From the NCBI RefSeq assembly GCF_963921235.1, contig NC_086108.1:87484001-87548000 (forward strand): DNA of 64,000 nucleotides. Reading direction: 5' to 3'. This document shows positions 11,325-24,838 of this stretch, one piece after another. Source of the DNA: Mobula hypostoma. Taxonomy: Eukaryota. Within the stretch, counting starts at the first letter, position 1. Every line of letters begins with the position of its first letter. The notes beneath the pieces are model-generated. The model saw only the letters and a list, made by a program, of their open reading frames with translations, did no database searches and was not told the DNA's origin. Position numbers and translations under genes: made by a program.

Positions 11325-11999
11325 GTTGTGTGCGGTGTTACTGCAGACACCCGGACCAGACAAAGCAAATGACAGAACATTCTTTACAAACATTCCCGAG
11401 GCAAAAAAACAGAAACTGTATCAAAGTCAAACTTTTAGATGTCAAATGTATACTCACAGTTTGCCCAACGTTAAGACATGTTGATGTGGCAGGAAGTCTG
11501 GAGCTTCACCTGTAAGAAAATGATGCTCACAGAATAACAGGTGCAGGCCTGGCAGCAGTGATGAAAATAGACAACTTTACTCATGCCGACAACCTTGTTT
11601 TTTTTCCTGTTACCACAAATCCTTCTCCGCAAATGAAGCCTACACAGTCGAAGTTAAAGCACTGCTTGCTTCTTACTCAGTGAGCCTATCAAAAGTCAAC
11701 ACACAAGATTGCCACAAATGGCTTGGTAAACTTCCTGGTCACAAATGGGGACAATTCATGAAGAAAGAAAACCTCCACCTTAGCCCGAGGTAATATTAAA
11801 AATTCCAGAGGAAGACCTAGCAGAAGGACATCTTTTACTGCAGTCCAAACTCTCAACTGGACGGCTGTGGCTGGTTCCAGAATGGCTAAAAATTATCCCA
11901 TGTGGTGCATGAAGATACTGTACAATCAGATTCCGTTAGAGTAGAGCATTGTGACAGATCATCAGTCTGGCACATGGTCTATCGTTGTCTTTCATCCCA

Positions 12000-13780
12000 C
12001 TCAAAATCCCATTTAATTCCTTACCAGCTTATCGATTGTAATGCCACTTTTAAGGATCTGTGGACTTGATCCCACTACACCATTTAATATTCTCCCATAT
12101 ATTGTATATCCTCTTTCCTTGTTGCAACTCCTCAAATAAATTATCCCATACTTCTTCGGATTCAATTTCATTTGGTACTTTTCTGTCTAACTGACTAGAT
12201 TATCGACATGTTCTTGCAGTCTAAAGGTCATTGTTGACCGCTGGATAAATTTTGTATTGTCTACATACCTCTTGATCTTGTACGCCCCTCGTCCTCCAAA
12301 ATACACACAGACACACACGCACACAGTTAAAGAACACTACAGCACAGAAAACAGGCACTTCAGCCCATCTAGTCTGTGCCAATCTATTAATCTACCTAGT
12401 CCCATCGACTTGTACCAGGACCATGGCCCTCGATACCACCCCAATCCATGTACCTAACCAAATTTCTCTTAAGTGTTGAAATCCAACCTGCATCCACCAC
12501 TGGCACTAGCAGCTTGTTCCACACTCTCACCACCCTCCGAGTGAAGAACATCCCCCTCATGTCCCCTTAAGCATTTCACCTTTCACCCTTAACCCCCACT
12601 GGTTCTGGTCTCACCCAACTTCAGTGGAATAAGCTTGCTTGCATTGACCCTATTTATACCGCACATACATAATAATGTATACCTCCCTCAAATCTCCTCT
12701 CCCTCTTCTTATTTTACACCTAACTCATAAATGAGTGCCACAAAAAGCAAAATCATGACTATTAGGACCTGTGAAATGCCAGTGTTGAAAGTCTTCCAGT
12801 GAAAAAAACAGTTGTTGACCCTCGCAACCTGCCACTGAGCCAATCTGTTCCTCTCCATCGGATTCCGTGTTTTTTATTATTATTTTAGCTTGCCATGCAG
12901 GATCTTATAAATCAAACACTCAGCAATCTCCCCCCTCCCTCACCACCCACCCCTTGTCATCTCCTCAAGAAGCTCAATGTAATTAGTCAGGTCGCAGCTT
13001 TCTTTAAGAAATCTGTGCTGACAGTCATCAGCTACAGTCTTCCTTTCTAGATGAAGGCATACACTGCTCCTGAGGATGGATTCCAATAATGTGCTGTCTG
13101 CTAAAATACATCTAACTGGCCTGAAATTGCATAATTCATCTCTTTTTCTCATTTTAAAAATAATAATACATGAGCAGTTCCTCATATCTAATCTAGCTAG
13201 TGAGAACTGGAGATAAAAGTTAGTCAAAATCTCTGCAGTTTCCTTCTTTATCTCTTTTAATGGCCTTGGATGTATTTCACTCAGGCCTGGTAATTCGTCC
13301 ATTTTCAAAGATGATAAACACCTTCATAATTTCACTTCTACAACATTTATTCCATTTAATGTTTCAAACTTTTTTTTTGCCAGAAATCAGCATATATATC
13401 AATACCGCCCCCTTCTTTTTATGAAGACAGTCACCACAGTCAGCAACGGATCATACCTGCATTACCGACCTCATGGCAAGTTACATTTTTTCAGTCCCTA
13501 ATGGATCCTAACCTTCCTTAATTATCCTCCTGCTCTTTCTGCATTTACAAAATACCTTTAGATTTCCATTGGCTTTATTTGCCAGTAATTTTCCATTCCA
13601 ACTCCTTAATTTCCCAGTTTCTCTTTAATCTCATTACTTTGCTTCCCATACTCTTCCAAACTGGCTGGAAACTGAGTGTGACATCATCTTTCCTTTTCAG
13701 CCATGTTGTACGATTGCTGCATCATAGCGTCCAAGTGACTCTTTTTGGAAACATGTTACCTTGAACCGCTTAAATGCCTC
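12000..13780 (-). mobile_element. Cluster of old CR1 fragments
   Basis: CR1 3' end at about 12325-12700; degraded RT-upstream region PGLSEIHPRPLKE...NFRPV...QHRF (ORF 12940..13308). Confidence 0.65.
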
Positions 13781-14062
13781 CCATCTCTAAATCTTGTTCA
13801 AGTTCACATAGCTAATTCTAGTCCACTTTTCAAAGATTCAAAGTACATGGATGGGAGGTGTATGGAGGGATATGGTCCGTGTGCAGGTCAGTGGGACTAG
13901 GCAGAAAATGGTTCGGCACAGCCAAGAAGGGCCAAAGGCCTGTTTCTGTGCTGTAGTTTCTATGGTTTCTATGACTTATAATTATTATCAAAGAATGTAT
14001 AAATTATACAACCTTGAGATTTACTTGCTCACAGGTAGCCACAAATAGAGAAATCCAAAAGA

Positions 14063-16960
14063 TCTAACATAAAGAGGCATTGAGGAAAGAGAAACAGAAT
14101 AAAGGGTGTAAAGGTAGTAAGGTAGAAGTGTATGTACCTCAATGCAAGAAGCATCAGGAACAAAGGTGATGAACTGAGAGCTTGGATACATACATGGAAT
14201 TATGATGTAGTGGCCATTACAGAGACTTGGCTGGCACCAGGGCAGGAATGGATTCTCAATATTCCTGGATTTCAGTGCTTTAAAAGGGATGGGGCGGGGA
14301 GGGGAGGGGGGTGGCATTGCTGGACAGGGATACTATTACAGCTACAGAAAGGATGGGTAATGTAGCAGGATCCTCTTTTGAGTCAGTATGGGTAGAAGTC
14401 AGGAACAGGAAGGGAGCAGTTATTCTATTGGGGGTATTCTATAGGCCCCCTCGTAGCAGCATAGATACCGAGGAGCAGATTGGGAGGCAGAATTTGGAAA
14501 GGTGCAAAAATAACAGGGTTGCTATCATGGGTGACTTTAACTTCCCTAATATTGATTGGCACCTGATTAGTTCCAATGGTTTAGACTGGGCAGAGTTTGT
14601 TAAGTGTGTCCAGGATGGATTCCTGTCACAGTATGTTGACAGGTGGACTGGGGGAATGCCATACTAGATCTGGTATTAGGTAATGAACCAGGTCAGGTCA
14701 CAGATCTCTCAGTGGGTGAGCATCCGGGGGACAGTGACCACCGCTCCCTAGTCTTTAACATTATCATGGAAAAAGATAGAATCAGAGAGGACAGGAAAAT
14801 TTTTAATTGGGGAAGGGCAAATTATGAGGCTATAAGGCTAGAACTTAAGGGTGTGAATTGGGATGGTATTTTTGCAGGGAAATGTACTATGGACACGTGG
14901 TCGATGTTTAGGGATCTCTTGCAGGATGTTAGGGATAAATTTGTCCTGGTAAGGAAGATAAAGAATGGTTGGGTGAAGGAACCATGGGTGACACGTGTGG
15001 TGGAAAATCTAGTCAGGTGGAGGAAGGCAGCATACATGAAGTTTAGGAAGCAAGGATCAGATGGGTCTATTGAAGAATATAGGGAAGCAAGAAAGGAGCT
15101 TAAGAAGGGGCTGAGGAGAGCAAGAAGGGGGCATGAGAAGGCCTTGGTGAGTAGGGTAAAGGAAAACCCCAAGGTATTCTTCAATTATGTGAAGAACAAA
15201 AGGATGACAGGAGTGAAGATAGGACCGATTAGAGATAAAGATGGGAAGATCTGCCTGGAGGCTGTGGAAGTGAGCGAGGTCCTCAATGAATACTTCTCTT
15301 AGGTATTCACCAATGAGAGGGAACTTGATGACGGTGAGGACAATATGAGTGAGGTTGATGTTCTGGAGCATATTGATATTAAGGGAGATGAGGTGTTGGA
15401 GTTGTTAAAACACATTAGGACAGATAAGTCCCCAGGGCCTGACGGAATATTCCCCAGCTGCTCCATGAGGCAAGGGAAGAGATTGCTGACCCTCTGGCTA
15501 GGATCTTTATGTCCCCGTTGTCCATGGGAATGGTACCAGAGGATTGGAGGGAGGCGAATGTTGTCCTCTTGTTCAAAAAAGATAGTAGGGATAATTATAG
15601 ACCAGTGAGCCTTACGTCTGTGCTGGGAAAGCTGTTGGAAAAAATTCTTAGAGATAGGACCTATGGGCATTTAGAGAATTATGGTCTGATCAGGGACAGT
15701 CAGCATGGCTTTGTGAAGGGCAGATCGTGAATAACAAGCCTGATAGAGTTCTTTGAGGAGGTGACCAGGCATATAGATGAGAGTAGTGCAGTGGATGTGA
15801 TCTACATGGATTTTAGTAAGGCATTTGACAAGGTTCCACATGGTAGGTTTATTCAGAAAGTCAGAAGGCATGGGATCCAGGGAAGTTTGGCCTGGTGGAT
15901 TCAGAATTGGCTTGTCTGCAGAAAGCAGAGGGTTGTGGTGGAGGGAGTACATTCAGATTGGAGGGTTGTGACTAGTGGTGTCCCACCAGAATTGGTTCTG
16001 GGAACCTCCACTTCTCGTGATTTTTATTAACGACCTGGATGTGGGGGTAGAAGAGTGAGTTGGCAAGTTTGCAGACGACACAAAGGTTGGTGGTGCTGTG
16101 GATAGTGTAAAGGATTGTTGAAGATTGCAGAGAGACATTGATAAGATGCAGAAGTGGACTGAGAAGTGGCAGATGGAGTTCAACCCAGAGAAGTGTGCGG
16201 TGGTACACTTTGGAAGGACAAACTCCAAGGCAGAGTACAAAGCAAATGGCAGGATACTTGGAAGTGTGGAGGAGCTGGGGGTACATGTCAACAGATCCCT
16301 GAAAGTTGCCTCACAGGTAGATAGGTTAGTTAAGAAAGCTTATGGAGGGTTAGCTTTCATAGGTCAAAAGATAGAGTTTAAGAGTCGTGAGGTAATGATG
16401 CAGCTCTGTAAAACTCTGGTTAGGCCACACTCGGAGTATTGTGTCCAGTTCTGGTCACCTCACTATAGGAAGGATGTGGAAGCATTGGAAAGGGTACAGA
16501 GGAGATTTACCAGGATGCTGTCTGGGTTAGAGTGTATGGTTTATGATCAGAGGTTAAGGGAGCTAGGGCTTTACTCTTTGGAGAGAAGGACATTGAGAGG
16601 AGACATGATAGAGGTATACAAGATACTAAGAGGAATAGAAAGAGTGGACAGCCAGCTCCTCTTCCCCAGGGCACCACTGCTCAATACAAGAGGACATGGC
16701 TTTAAGGTAAGGGGTGGGAAGTTCAAGGGGGATATTAGAGGAAGGTTTTTTCACTCAGAGAGTGATTGGTGCGTGGAATGCACTGCTTGAGTCAGTGGTG
16801 GAGGCAGATACACTAGTGAAGTTTAAGAGACTACTAGACAGGTACATGGAGGAATTTAAGGTGGGGGGTTATATGGGAGGCAGAGTTCAAGGGTCGGCAC
16901 AACATTGTGGGCTGAAGGGCCTGTATTGTGGTGTACTATTCTATATTCTATGTTCTATGT
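14063..16960 (+). mobile_element. CR1-clade LINE with near-complete ORF2 (endonuclease plus RT), disrupted
   Basis: YLNARSIRNK, AITETWL, MGDFN, SDH, DFSKAFDKV, KFADD; tail ttctatattctatgttctatgt; inserted into a minus-strand LINE 3' region (about 13830-17560). Confidence 0.92.
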
Positions 16961-17732
16961 AACCCAATTAAAGAATAAAAAATAAAAAAAATAGAAGACC
17001 AACGCCCCACATGCAAGAGAAAGAAAGAATACAAATCATGCAAATAATTGAAGCAAACAGCAACATACTGAACCAAAATTGTAGGCCCAGAGCCTCGCTT
17101 ATTAGTTCACCATTTTAGCACGGAGCACAGCAGCCGGGGCAGTCTTCATAGCTTCAGCACCATGGAGAGAGGAGTGACAATCATGGAGAATGAGAAAAAT
17201 CGGCTCTTGCCCAGATCCCAACTCCCTGTCTTTTCAGTGTATCTTGGCTGGTGGTTAAATTAACCAAACAATTGATTAGCTCAGGTGCCTGTTGAAAGAG
17301 GAGTGAACTTTGCAGAGAGCAAGCAAAATCTGCTATCACCTCCAATTTGGACCGGCATTTATATTGCCTAAACAGTGGATTTTACTTCATACTAGGATCC
17401 AGCTACTGTGAAAGGCTCTGGGCCTAGACCACACTGCCCAGTGACTCGCTCCAGGCCCAGATTTCGCTGCCCAGAGTGATCCAACCTTGCACCCAGGCCA
17501 GGTGAACGGGTATCAAGTCTTCTCAGCCCGGGCTCGAACTTCACTTCTTTGTGCCCAACCAGAGTGATCCATCCTCACACCCAGTCACTTTTGCTAATCA
17601 CTTCTCCATCTAATAAAGCTGCCTTTACCTCTAGTTTTAATTTTCACTCCTGTGTTATTTTTCACCTATGTTAATATATAAGTGAATTATGATCACTAGC
17701 ACAAAAATACTTTTCCACTTCATAAAACTAAA

Positions 17733-19400
17733 TCAACTTCAACCTTTGTACATGACATTCATTGACCTCACCAAAGCCTTTGACTTGGTATCAAGGGAAC
17801 TCCTATGGGATGTCCTGTCCACCTATGGCTGCCCTGAAAAGTACAAACATTTGTACATTCGAATCCTGAGACTCCTCCACGATGGCATGCTTGCCACAGT
17901 CATGGTCAGCAGCAGTAACCGTGTGTCTTTTCAAGTTAGATCAGGACAAAACAGGGAATGCTGATTGCCCCAACTTTGTTCACCATCTTCATTGCGACAA
18001 TCATCCACATTATCAAGGATGATCTACCCCCGGGAATCGAAATTGTCTACAGAACAGATGGCAGACTTTTCAATCCTGCCCATCTCAGATCCAAAACAAA
18101 GACATCCACTAGTTCCCTCATCGAGTTCCAATAAGCAGATGACAACAGTGTTGCAGCTCTTTCAGAAAACCACCTACAACAGATTCTGAACACAAAATAA
18201 TCTGCAGATGCTGGGATCAAAGCAACACTTACAGTACGCTGGAGGAACTAAGCAGGCCGGGCAGCATCAGTGGAAACGATGAGTTGACGTTTCGGGCCGG
18301 AACCCTTCATCGGGGCTGAAGAATGAAGGAGGGGGAAGGATTTGAAGAATGCTTGTAGGTTCGGTTGAAAGTCCAGTAATTTGAGAGACAAAGGGGTTGG
18401 GGAGGGGAAGCATTGACGTCATAGGCAGGAATTGAAAACAGATTCTGACTGCCTTCCACCGTGCATACACGAAACTTGGACTTACGATCAATTCCAAGAA
18501 GACTCAGGTCGTCTATCAACCATCACCAATTGAGACAAATTGGATAGAACCATCATTTCAACTTGGTGAAACAACCCTGGAAAATGTGGACTACTTTCCA
18601 AATCTTGGAAGTCACCTCTCCTCCAATGTCAACCTTAATGACAAGATCCAACATCGTCTTAAATGTGCTGGAACAGCTTTTGGATGTCTCCGAACAAGAG
18701 TCTTTCATGATTGTGACATCCAAACAGACACCAAAATGTTGGTGTACAAAGCAGTAGTAATCCCAGCGCTCCTGTATGCATCAGAAACCTGGACAACATA
18801 CCGATGACATTTGAAGTCACTTGAAAAGTTCCATCAACGCCGTCTTTGAAACATCTTAAATATCAGCTGGGAAGATAGAAGAACCAACGTCGGTGTGCTA
18901 AATGAAGCAAAAACAACAAGCATTGAAGCCTACATCATCAGGAACCAACTAAGATGGAGCGGTCATGTTGTTTGGATGAAAGACAAACGTCTGCCAAAAC
19001 AAATCTTCTACTCCCAGCTTAAAGAAGGCAAACGTAAAAGAGGCAAACAACAGAAGAGATTCAAAGACATCTTAAAAGCCGACATGAAGAAATGTGACAT
19101 CGACATCAACAATTGGGAAACCAATGCCAAGGACAGGAAACTCTGGCAAGCCATCATCCGAGAAGGAACAGCAACTTTCAAAGCCAACAGATGTGCAGAA
19201 TTAGAGGAAAAGAGAAGAAAATGGAAAGAGAGGCAGCAACAACCAAAGCCCAATCTGCCATCTGGAACTACCTGTCCTGAATGCGGAAGATTTTTCAAAG
19301 CCAAGATTGGACTCCTAAGCCACTTGAGAGTCCATAAATAGATCAACAGAACGAAGGCCATCATCCTCGACCTCGAGGGATAGCCACAATGACGACAACG
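17733..19400 (+). mobile_element. RTE-clade (BovB-like) LINE, 5'-truncated, with 60-bp TSD
   Basis: FIDLTKAFDLVSRELLW, LLYASETWT, QLRWSGHV...RLPKQIFY, C-terminal C2H2 finger CPECGRFFKAKIGLLSHLRVH; (GAC)-like tail; direct repeats 17673-17732 / 19401-19460. Confidence 0.92.
18190..18436 (-). mobile_element. Penelope-like 3' end inserted in the RTE; hammerhead remnant 18281-18318
   Basis: 12-bp TSD aacagattctga (18178-18189 / 18437-18448); minus strand ccgatgaagggttccggcccgaaacgtcaact (core U4 changed to C). Confidence 0.82.
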
Positions 19401-19686
19401 AATATATAAGTAAATTATGATCACTAGCACAAAAATACTTTTCCACTTCATAAAACTAAACCAAGTACTGCAAACTCTTTTGGGATTTCTCCAACCTGGC
19501 TGAAACATTTCCATTGAATAATAGATCAGGAATTTTGTGCTCTTTGTCTTTTATACTTACTGTATTCCCAGTTAATGTTGACGCTTTGGAATCCCTACCA
19601 TTGTCATTGTCATTGCCATTGTTTAAGCGCGTTTTCCACACACCTCTTCCCTCCTGAGAAGTCTGCAAACAGGAAAACTTCCACCT

Positions 19687-22600
19687 AGAATCATAGAAAA
19701 GTACAGCACAGAAACAGGTCGTTTGCCCAACCCTTTCAAATGCCTACTACCATTGACCTGTACTGGGAACATAGCCCTCCATACCACTGCTATCCATGTA
19801 CTTATCCAAACTCCTTTTAAATGTTGAAATTGAGCTCGCATGCACCAATTGCACTGGCAGCTCATTCCACACTTTCACAAAGCTTTGAATGAAGAAGGTT
19901 CCCTTCATATTGCCCTTAAACCTTTCACATTTCACCCTTAACCCATGATCTCCAGTTATAGTCTCACCCAACCACAGTGGAAAAAGCCTGATTGTATTTA
20001 CCCTATCTATGCCCCTCATAATTTTGTATACCTCTATCAAATCTCCTCTCAATCTTCTATATTCCAAGGAATAAAGTCCTAACCTATTCAAACTTTGCTT
20101 ATAACTCCGGTCCACCAGTTCCAACAACATACGTGTAAATTTTCTCTGAACTCTGTCAACCTTATTTATATCTTTCCTGTAGGTAAGTGACTAAAATTAC
20201 ATACAATACTCTAAATTAAGCCTCACCAACATCTTACTCAACTTCAACAGAATATTCCGTCTCCTGTACTCAATACTTTAATTTATGAAGGCTAATGTGG
20301 CCAAAGCCTTTCTTTACAAACCTACCTACCTGTGACACCACTTTCAATGAATTCCCAGATACCTTTGTTCTACAGCACTTCTCAGTGCCCTACTGTTCAT
20401 GGTGTAACAACCCAATCTTGGTGTCATCTGCAAATTTGCTGATCTAGTTAACTTCATTATCATCTGGACCACTGACAAAGGTGACAAACAACAATGGTCC
20501 TGCAGCATTCCACTACTCCCAGGCCCCCAGTCAGAGAAGCAACTATCTACTGTCACCCTCTGGCTACTCCCACAAAGCCCATGTCTAACCAAATTTACTA
20601 CCTCATCTTGACCGCCTGGTGACTGAACCTTCTTGACCAACTTCCCATGCAAGACTTTGTCAAATGCTTTGCAGAAGTTCATGTAGAGAACATCCACTGC
20701 CTTGCTTTCCTTGTAACTTCCTTGAAAATCTCAAGAAGTTGATTAGACATGACCTACCATGCCTAAAGCCTTGCTGACTATCTCGAATCAGTCTGTGTCT
20801 ATCCAAATACTCGTACATCTGGTCCCTTAGAATACCTTCCAATGACTTTCCAACCACTCACATCAGGTTCAACAGCCTATAATTTCCTGGTTTATTTTTA
20901 GGAGCCTTTCTTAAACAGTGCAACAACATTACCTATCCTCCAGTCCCCTGCTGCCGCACCTGTCACTAAGGATGATTTAATTATCTCTGCTAGGGACCCT
21001 GCAATTTCTGCACTTGCCTACCACAGGGTCTGAGGGAACACCTTGTTAGGCCCTGGAGTTTTATCCACCCTAATTAGCCTCAAGACAGCAAACACCTTCT
21101 CTTCTGTAATCTGAATAGGGTCCATGAAGTCAATGCTGTTTGCCTCACTTCTACATACTCTGTGTCTGTCTCCTGAGTAAATACAGGTGCAAAAAAAGCC
21201 ATTTTATATCTCCCCCATTCATTTGGCTCTAGGCGTGAATTACCATTCTGATATTCCAGAGGACCAATTTTGTCTCTTTTGCTCTTAGCATGTCTGTAGA
21301 ATCCCTGAGGATTCTTCTTCACCCTGTCTGCTAGAGCAATCTCATGCCTTCCTTTAGCCTTCCTGACTTATTTCTTAAGTGTTCTCTTGCATTTCCTATA
21401 CTCCATCAGTACCTCATTTGATCCTATACCTGCTATGCATCTCCTTTTTTTTTTAACATAACCAGGTCCTCAATTTCTCTTGAAAACCAAAGTTCCCAAC
21501 ATCTGTTATCTTTACCTTTTATTCTGACAGGCACATACAAGATTTGTACTCTCAAAATTTCACTTTTGAAGGCATCCCACTTTGCCAGTACACCTTTGTC
21601 AGAAAACACTCTGTTCCAATCCACACCTGCCAGATCTTTTTTGATACCATTAAAATTGGCCTTTCTCCGATTTAGAATCTCAACCTGTGGACCAGACCTA
21701 CCTTTTTCTATATATACTTTGAAACTAATGGCATTATGATGATCACAAAATGCAAAGTACACGAACTTCTGACACCTGCCCTATCTCATTCCCTGGTAGC
21801 AGATCAAGTATTGCATGCTCTCGTTGGGACTTCTACGTACTGATTAAAGATACTTTCCTGAACGCACTTGACAAGTTCTATCCCTTCGAGTTCTCTTACA
21901 GTACGAGAGTCCCAGTCAATATGTTGAAAGTTAAAACCACCTCGTATTATAACACCTTATGTTTCTTGCAAAATCCTGCACACTGTTGGGTCTGTAATAT
22001 AGCTCCATTCACACGGTCACACCTTTCTTATCCCTGCTTCATTAGATGAGTTCTCCAATCTCCTGATCAAGTGCTGCGTGACATTTTCCCTGACTAGTAA
22101 CACCACCCCTCTTTTATTCCCTCCCGCTCAGTCACGTCTAAAACAATCGAACCCAGGAATATTGAGCTGCCAGTCCTGCCTCTCCAAATCTCATTAATGG
22201 CTGCATTATTATCATAATTCAATGTGCTCTGAGCTCATCTGCCTTTCTTACGATACTTCTTGCATTGAAATATTTGCAGCTCGTGACATTAGTGGCACTA
22301 TGCTCAACCTGTTGATTACTGACTTTGTCTGAAATTTTAATGTGTCTCCACAACCTGACCATTTTCTGTTCTGGCATTCTGGTTCCCACCCCCTGCAACT
22401 CTAGTTTAAACAACCCCCCAGCAGCACTTTCCCGCCAGGATATTAGTCCCGCTCCAACTCAGATGCAAACCGTTCCTTCTGTACAGGTCCCATCTTCCCT
22501 GGAAGAGAGCCCAATGATCTAAAAATCTTACGCATTTCCTCCTACACCAACTCCTTAGCCAGGTGTTAAACTGTATAAATCTTCTTAGCTCTGGCCTCAC

Positions 22601-23005
22601 CAGCACGTGGCACGGGTAGCAATCCAGAGATCACAACCCTGGCGGTCCTGCCCTTTAATTTAGCACCCAACTCCCTGAACTCCCAATACAGAATCTCATC
22701 ACTCTTCCTACTCATGTCATTGGGATCTACATAGACCACACCCTCTGGTGTTCACCCTCTACTGAGGTCTCGATCTGAGATGTCCTGGATCCCAGCACTG
22801 GGGAGGCAACATGCCATCTGCGAATCTCATTCTCGCCCACTGAACCTCCTTTCTGTTCCCTTAATTAATGAATCCCCTAGAACCTCAGTTCTCCTCTCGT
22901 CCCCCTTCCCTTCTGAGTTACTGAGCCAGACTCAGTGGCAGAGACCAGACAACTGTGACTTTCCTCTGCTTGACAATCTCCCCCAACAGTATCCAAAGTG
23001 CTATA
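19687..23005 (-). mobile_element. CR1-clade LINE, degraded (partial ORF1 esterase plus ORF2)
   Basis: FLDHWALFQGRWDLYRRNGLHL, YFNARSIVRKADEL, FCKAFDKV, RRLRGDLIEVYKI. Confidence 0.88.
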
Positions 23006-23619
23006 TCTATTCGGATAGTGGTACACCACTTCTCAGTTTTCCTGAGCTGACCTGATTTCGTCTGATATAAAGTGAGAGGCAAGAGGGCCAACATAAGGTT
23101 TACTGGCTTACAGTCAGTTCATTTTCAGATGCCGGCTTCTGGAAATCTTAAAGCAATGCTAGACTGATGTCTACAATTGTCTTGCTACCCAAGTTACTTG
23201 GTTTCCACTAGATGACAGCTGTGCTGAGTGTAAGATTAATGCGGCTGAGGTCTCTAATCACTTTTCCTATTCCCTGGAAAAGCTGAGAATGCTCCAGAAT
23301 GTAAATACCGTCTTAGTTATAACTGCTTGGTGAAAGTAGGTATGTTTTACCACTCCCTTTCTCTCTGGTTCTACTATTTCTTTCACCTTTAAGTTCCTCC
23401 TACAGCATGATGAAGAAGTGGTTGAAAGATGGCTCTTAAATAATTATAATTGGTTCAGCTAAATTGTAATTAAAACACAAGAGAAGACATTGATTAATCA
23501 AGATTTTATTGAAAGACAGAGCAAGGTTGAGAGGCCACATGGGTGATTCCTTCTGACATTTTAAGATAGTGAGATTTAGTGGAGTGGGTGATGTTCAAAG
23601 TACATTTATTATCAAAGTA

Positions 23620-23865
23620 AGTAAAGGCATCCGTTAGTCTTGCGAGACCATGGATCTACGCCTGGAAAGTCTTCACTCTCCACGACGCCAATGTTGTCCA
23701 AGGGAAGGGCATTAGGACCCATACAGCTTGGCACCAGTGTCGTCGCAGAGCAATGTGTGATTAAGTGCCTCACTCAAGGACACAACACGTTTCCTTGGCT
23801 GGGGCTCGAACTCACGACCTTCAGGTCGCTAGTCCAATGCCTTAACCACTTGGCCACATGCCCAC
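23620..23865 (-). mobile_element. tRNA-derived SINE with RTE-like tail
   Basis: A box TGGCCAAGTGG (23846-23856), B box GTTCGAGCC (23803-23811); 13-bp TSD tattatcaaagta (23607-23619 / 23866-23878). Confidence 0.85.
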
Positions 23866-24549
23866 TATTATCAAAGTATGTATCCATTATACAACCTTGA
23901 GATTCATCTTCATACAGGCAACCAAAAGCAAGAAACCCAAAAGAACCCATTAAAGAAAATCCAAACACCCAATGTGCAGAGACAGAAAAAAACAATAGTG
24001 CAAACAATAAAAGCAAGCAAAACGCGTTCAGAATGGTGCTATTCATAAGAGACTAACGCATATTAAAGCAAGACAATACCACAAAGAGGGCAGTGAACTA
24101 ATCAGAAGTGACAATCCAACAGCAGACAAGGAAAGGAAAATAATATTTAAAAATTATTATACATCAAATGGATAAGGAGAATTTTGCCATGAAATACAAG
24201 ATTTTTTTTAAATTAAAAAAAAGCTTCAGCAATTTGAAGAGAGCTAATTATGGGATAGTTTATGTAGGTCATGTCAAGATGAGTGAGGTTTTTTGGAGAA
24301 AACGGATGTAAATTTAAATAGTTGGTGCAGAATTGTTGAAATGAACAAATGTGTAACTTTGAGCAGCTCAAGGCTGTCTTTAGCTTGTATTTATTAGAGA
24401 GGCTGAATTGGTTATTGTTAGGTGACACTCCAAGCAGTAAAGAGATAGCTTTAGAATGAGGCAGCAGGGGAGCTGGTGATCTTTGTCCAAATCAAAATAC
24501 TTTGTTCCCTATACAACCAATATTCAGGTCATCAGAAGAGAAATTCAGA

Positions 24550-24655
24550 AGATAGTCCTGATTCAGGGTTTGGACTCAAAACATTGACAATTCCTTCCCT
24601 CCCACAGGTGCTGCTTAAACCATTGAGTTCCTTGAGCAGATTGTTTGTTACATCT
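24550..24655 (+). mobile_element. Old Penelope-like end with heavily decayed hammerhead
   Basis: tagtcctgattcagggtttggactcaaaacattgac...ccacaggtgctgct...tgagttcc. Confidence 0.5.
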
Positions 24656-24838
24656 GAATGTGACCTCAATGGGTTTGGATAGACAAATAAAAGTACACCA
24701 GAAAAGATAAAATAGGTAGATTATCAAAATAAACAGCCATATGGGGATAATGGAAGAGAGAATAAGAAGGAGAATGAATAAATATTTTAAAACCATTGGG
24801 TGGTACAGGGAAGTTAAAAATATGTACAATGGAAGTTA

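Noticed and set aside
23795..23865. tRNA-like sequence with A and B boxes
   Set aside because: Head of a SINE with TSD and a second copy nearby; not a tRNA gene.
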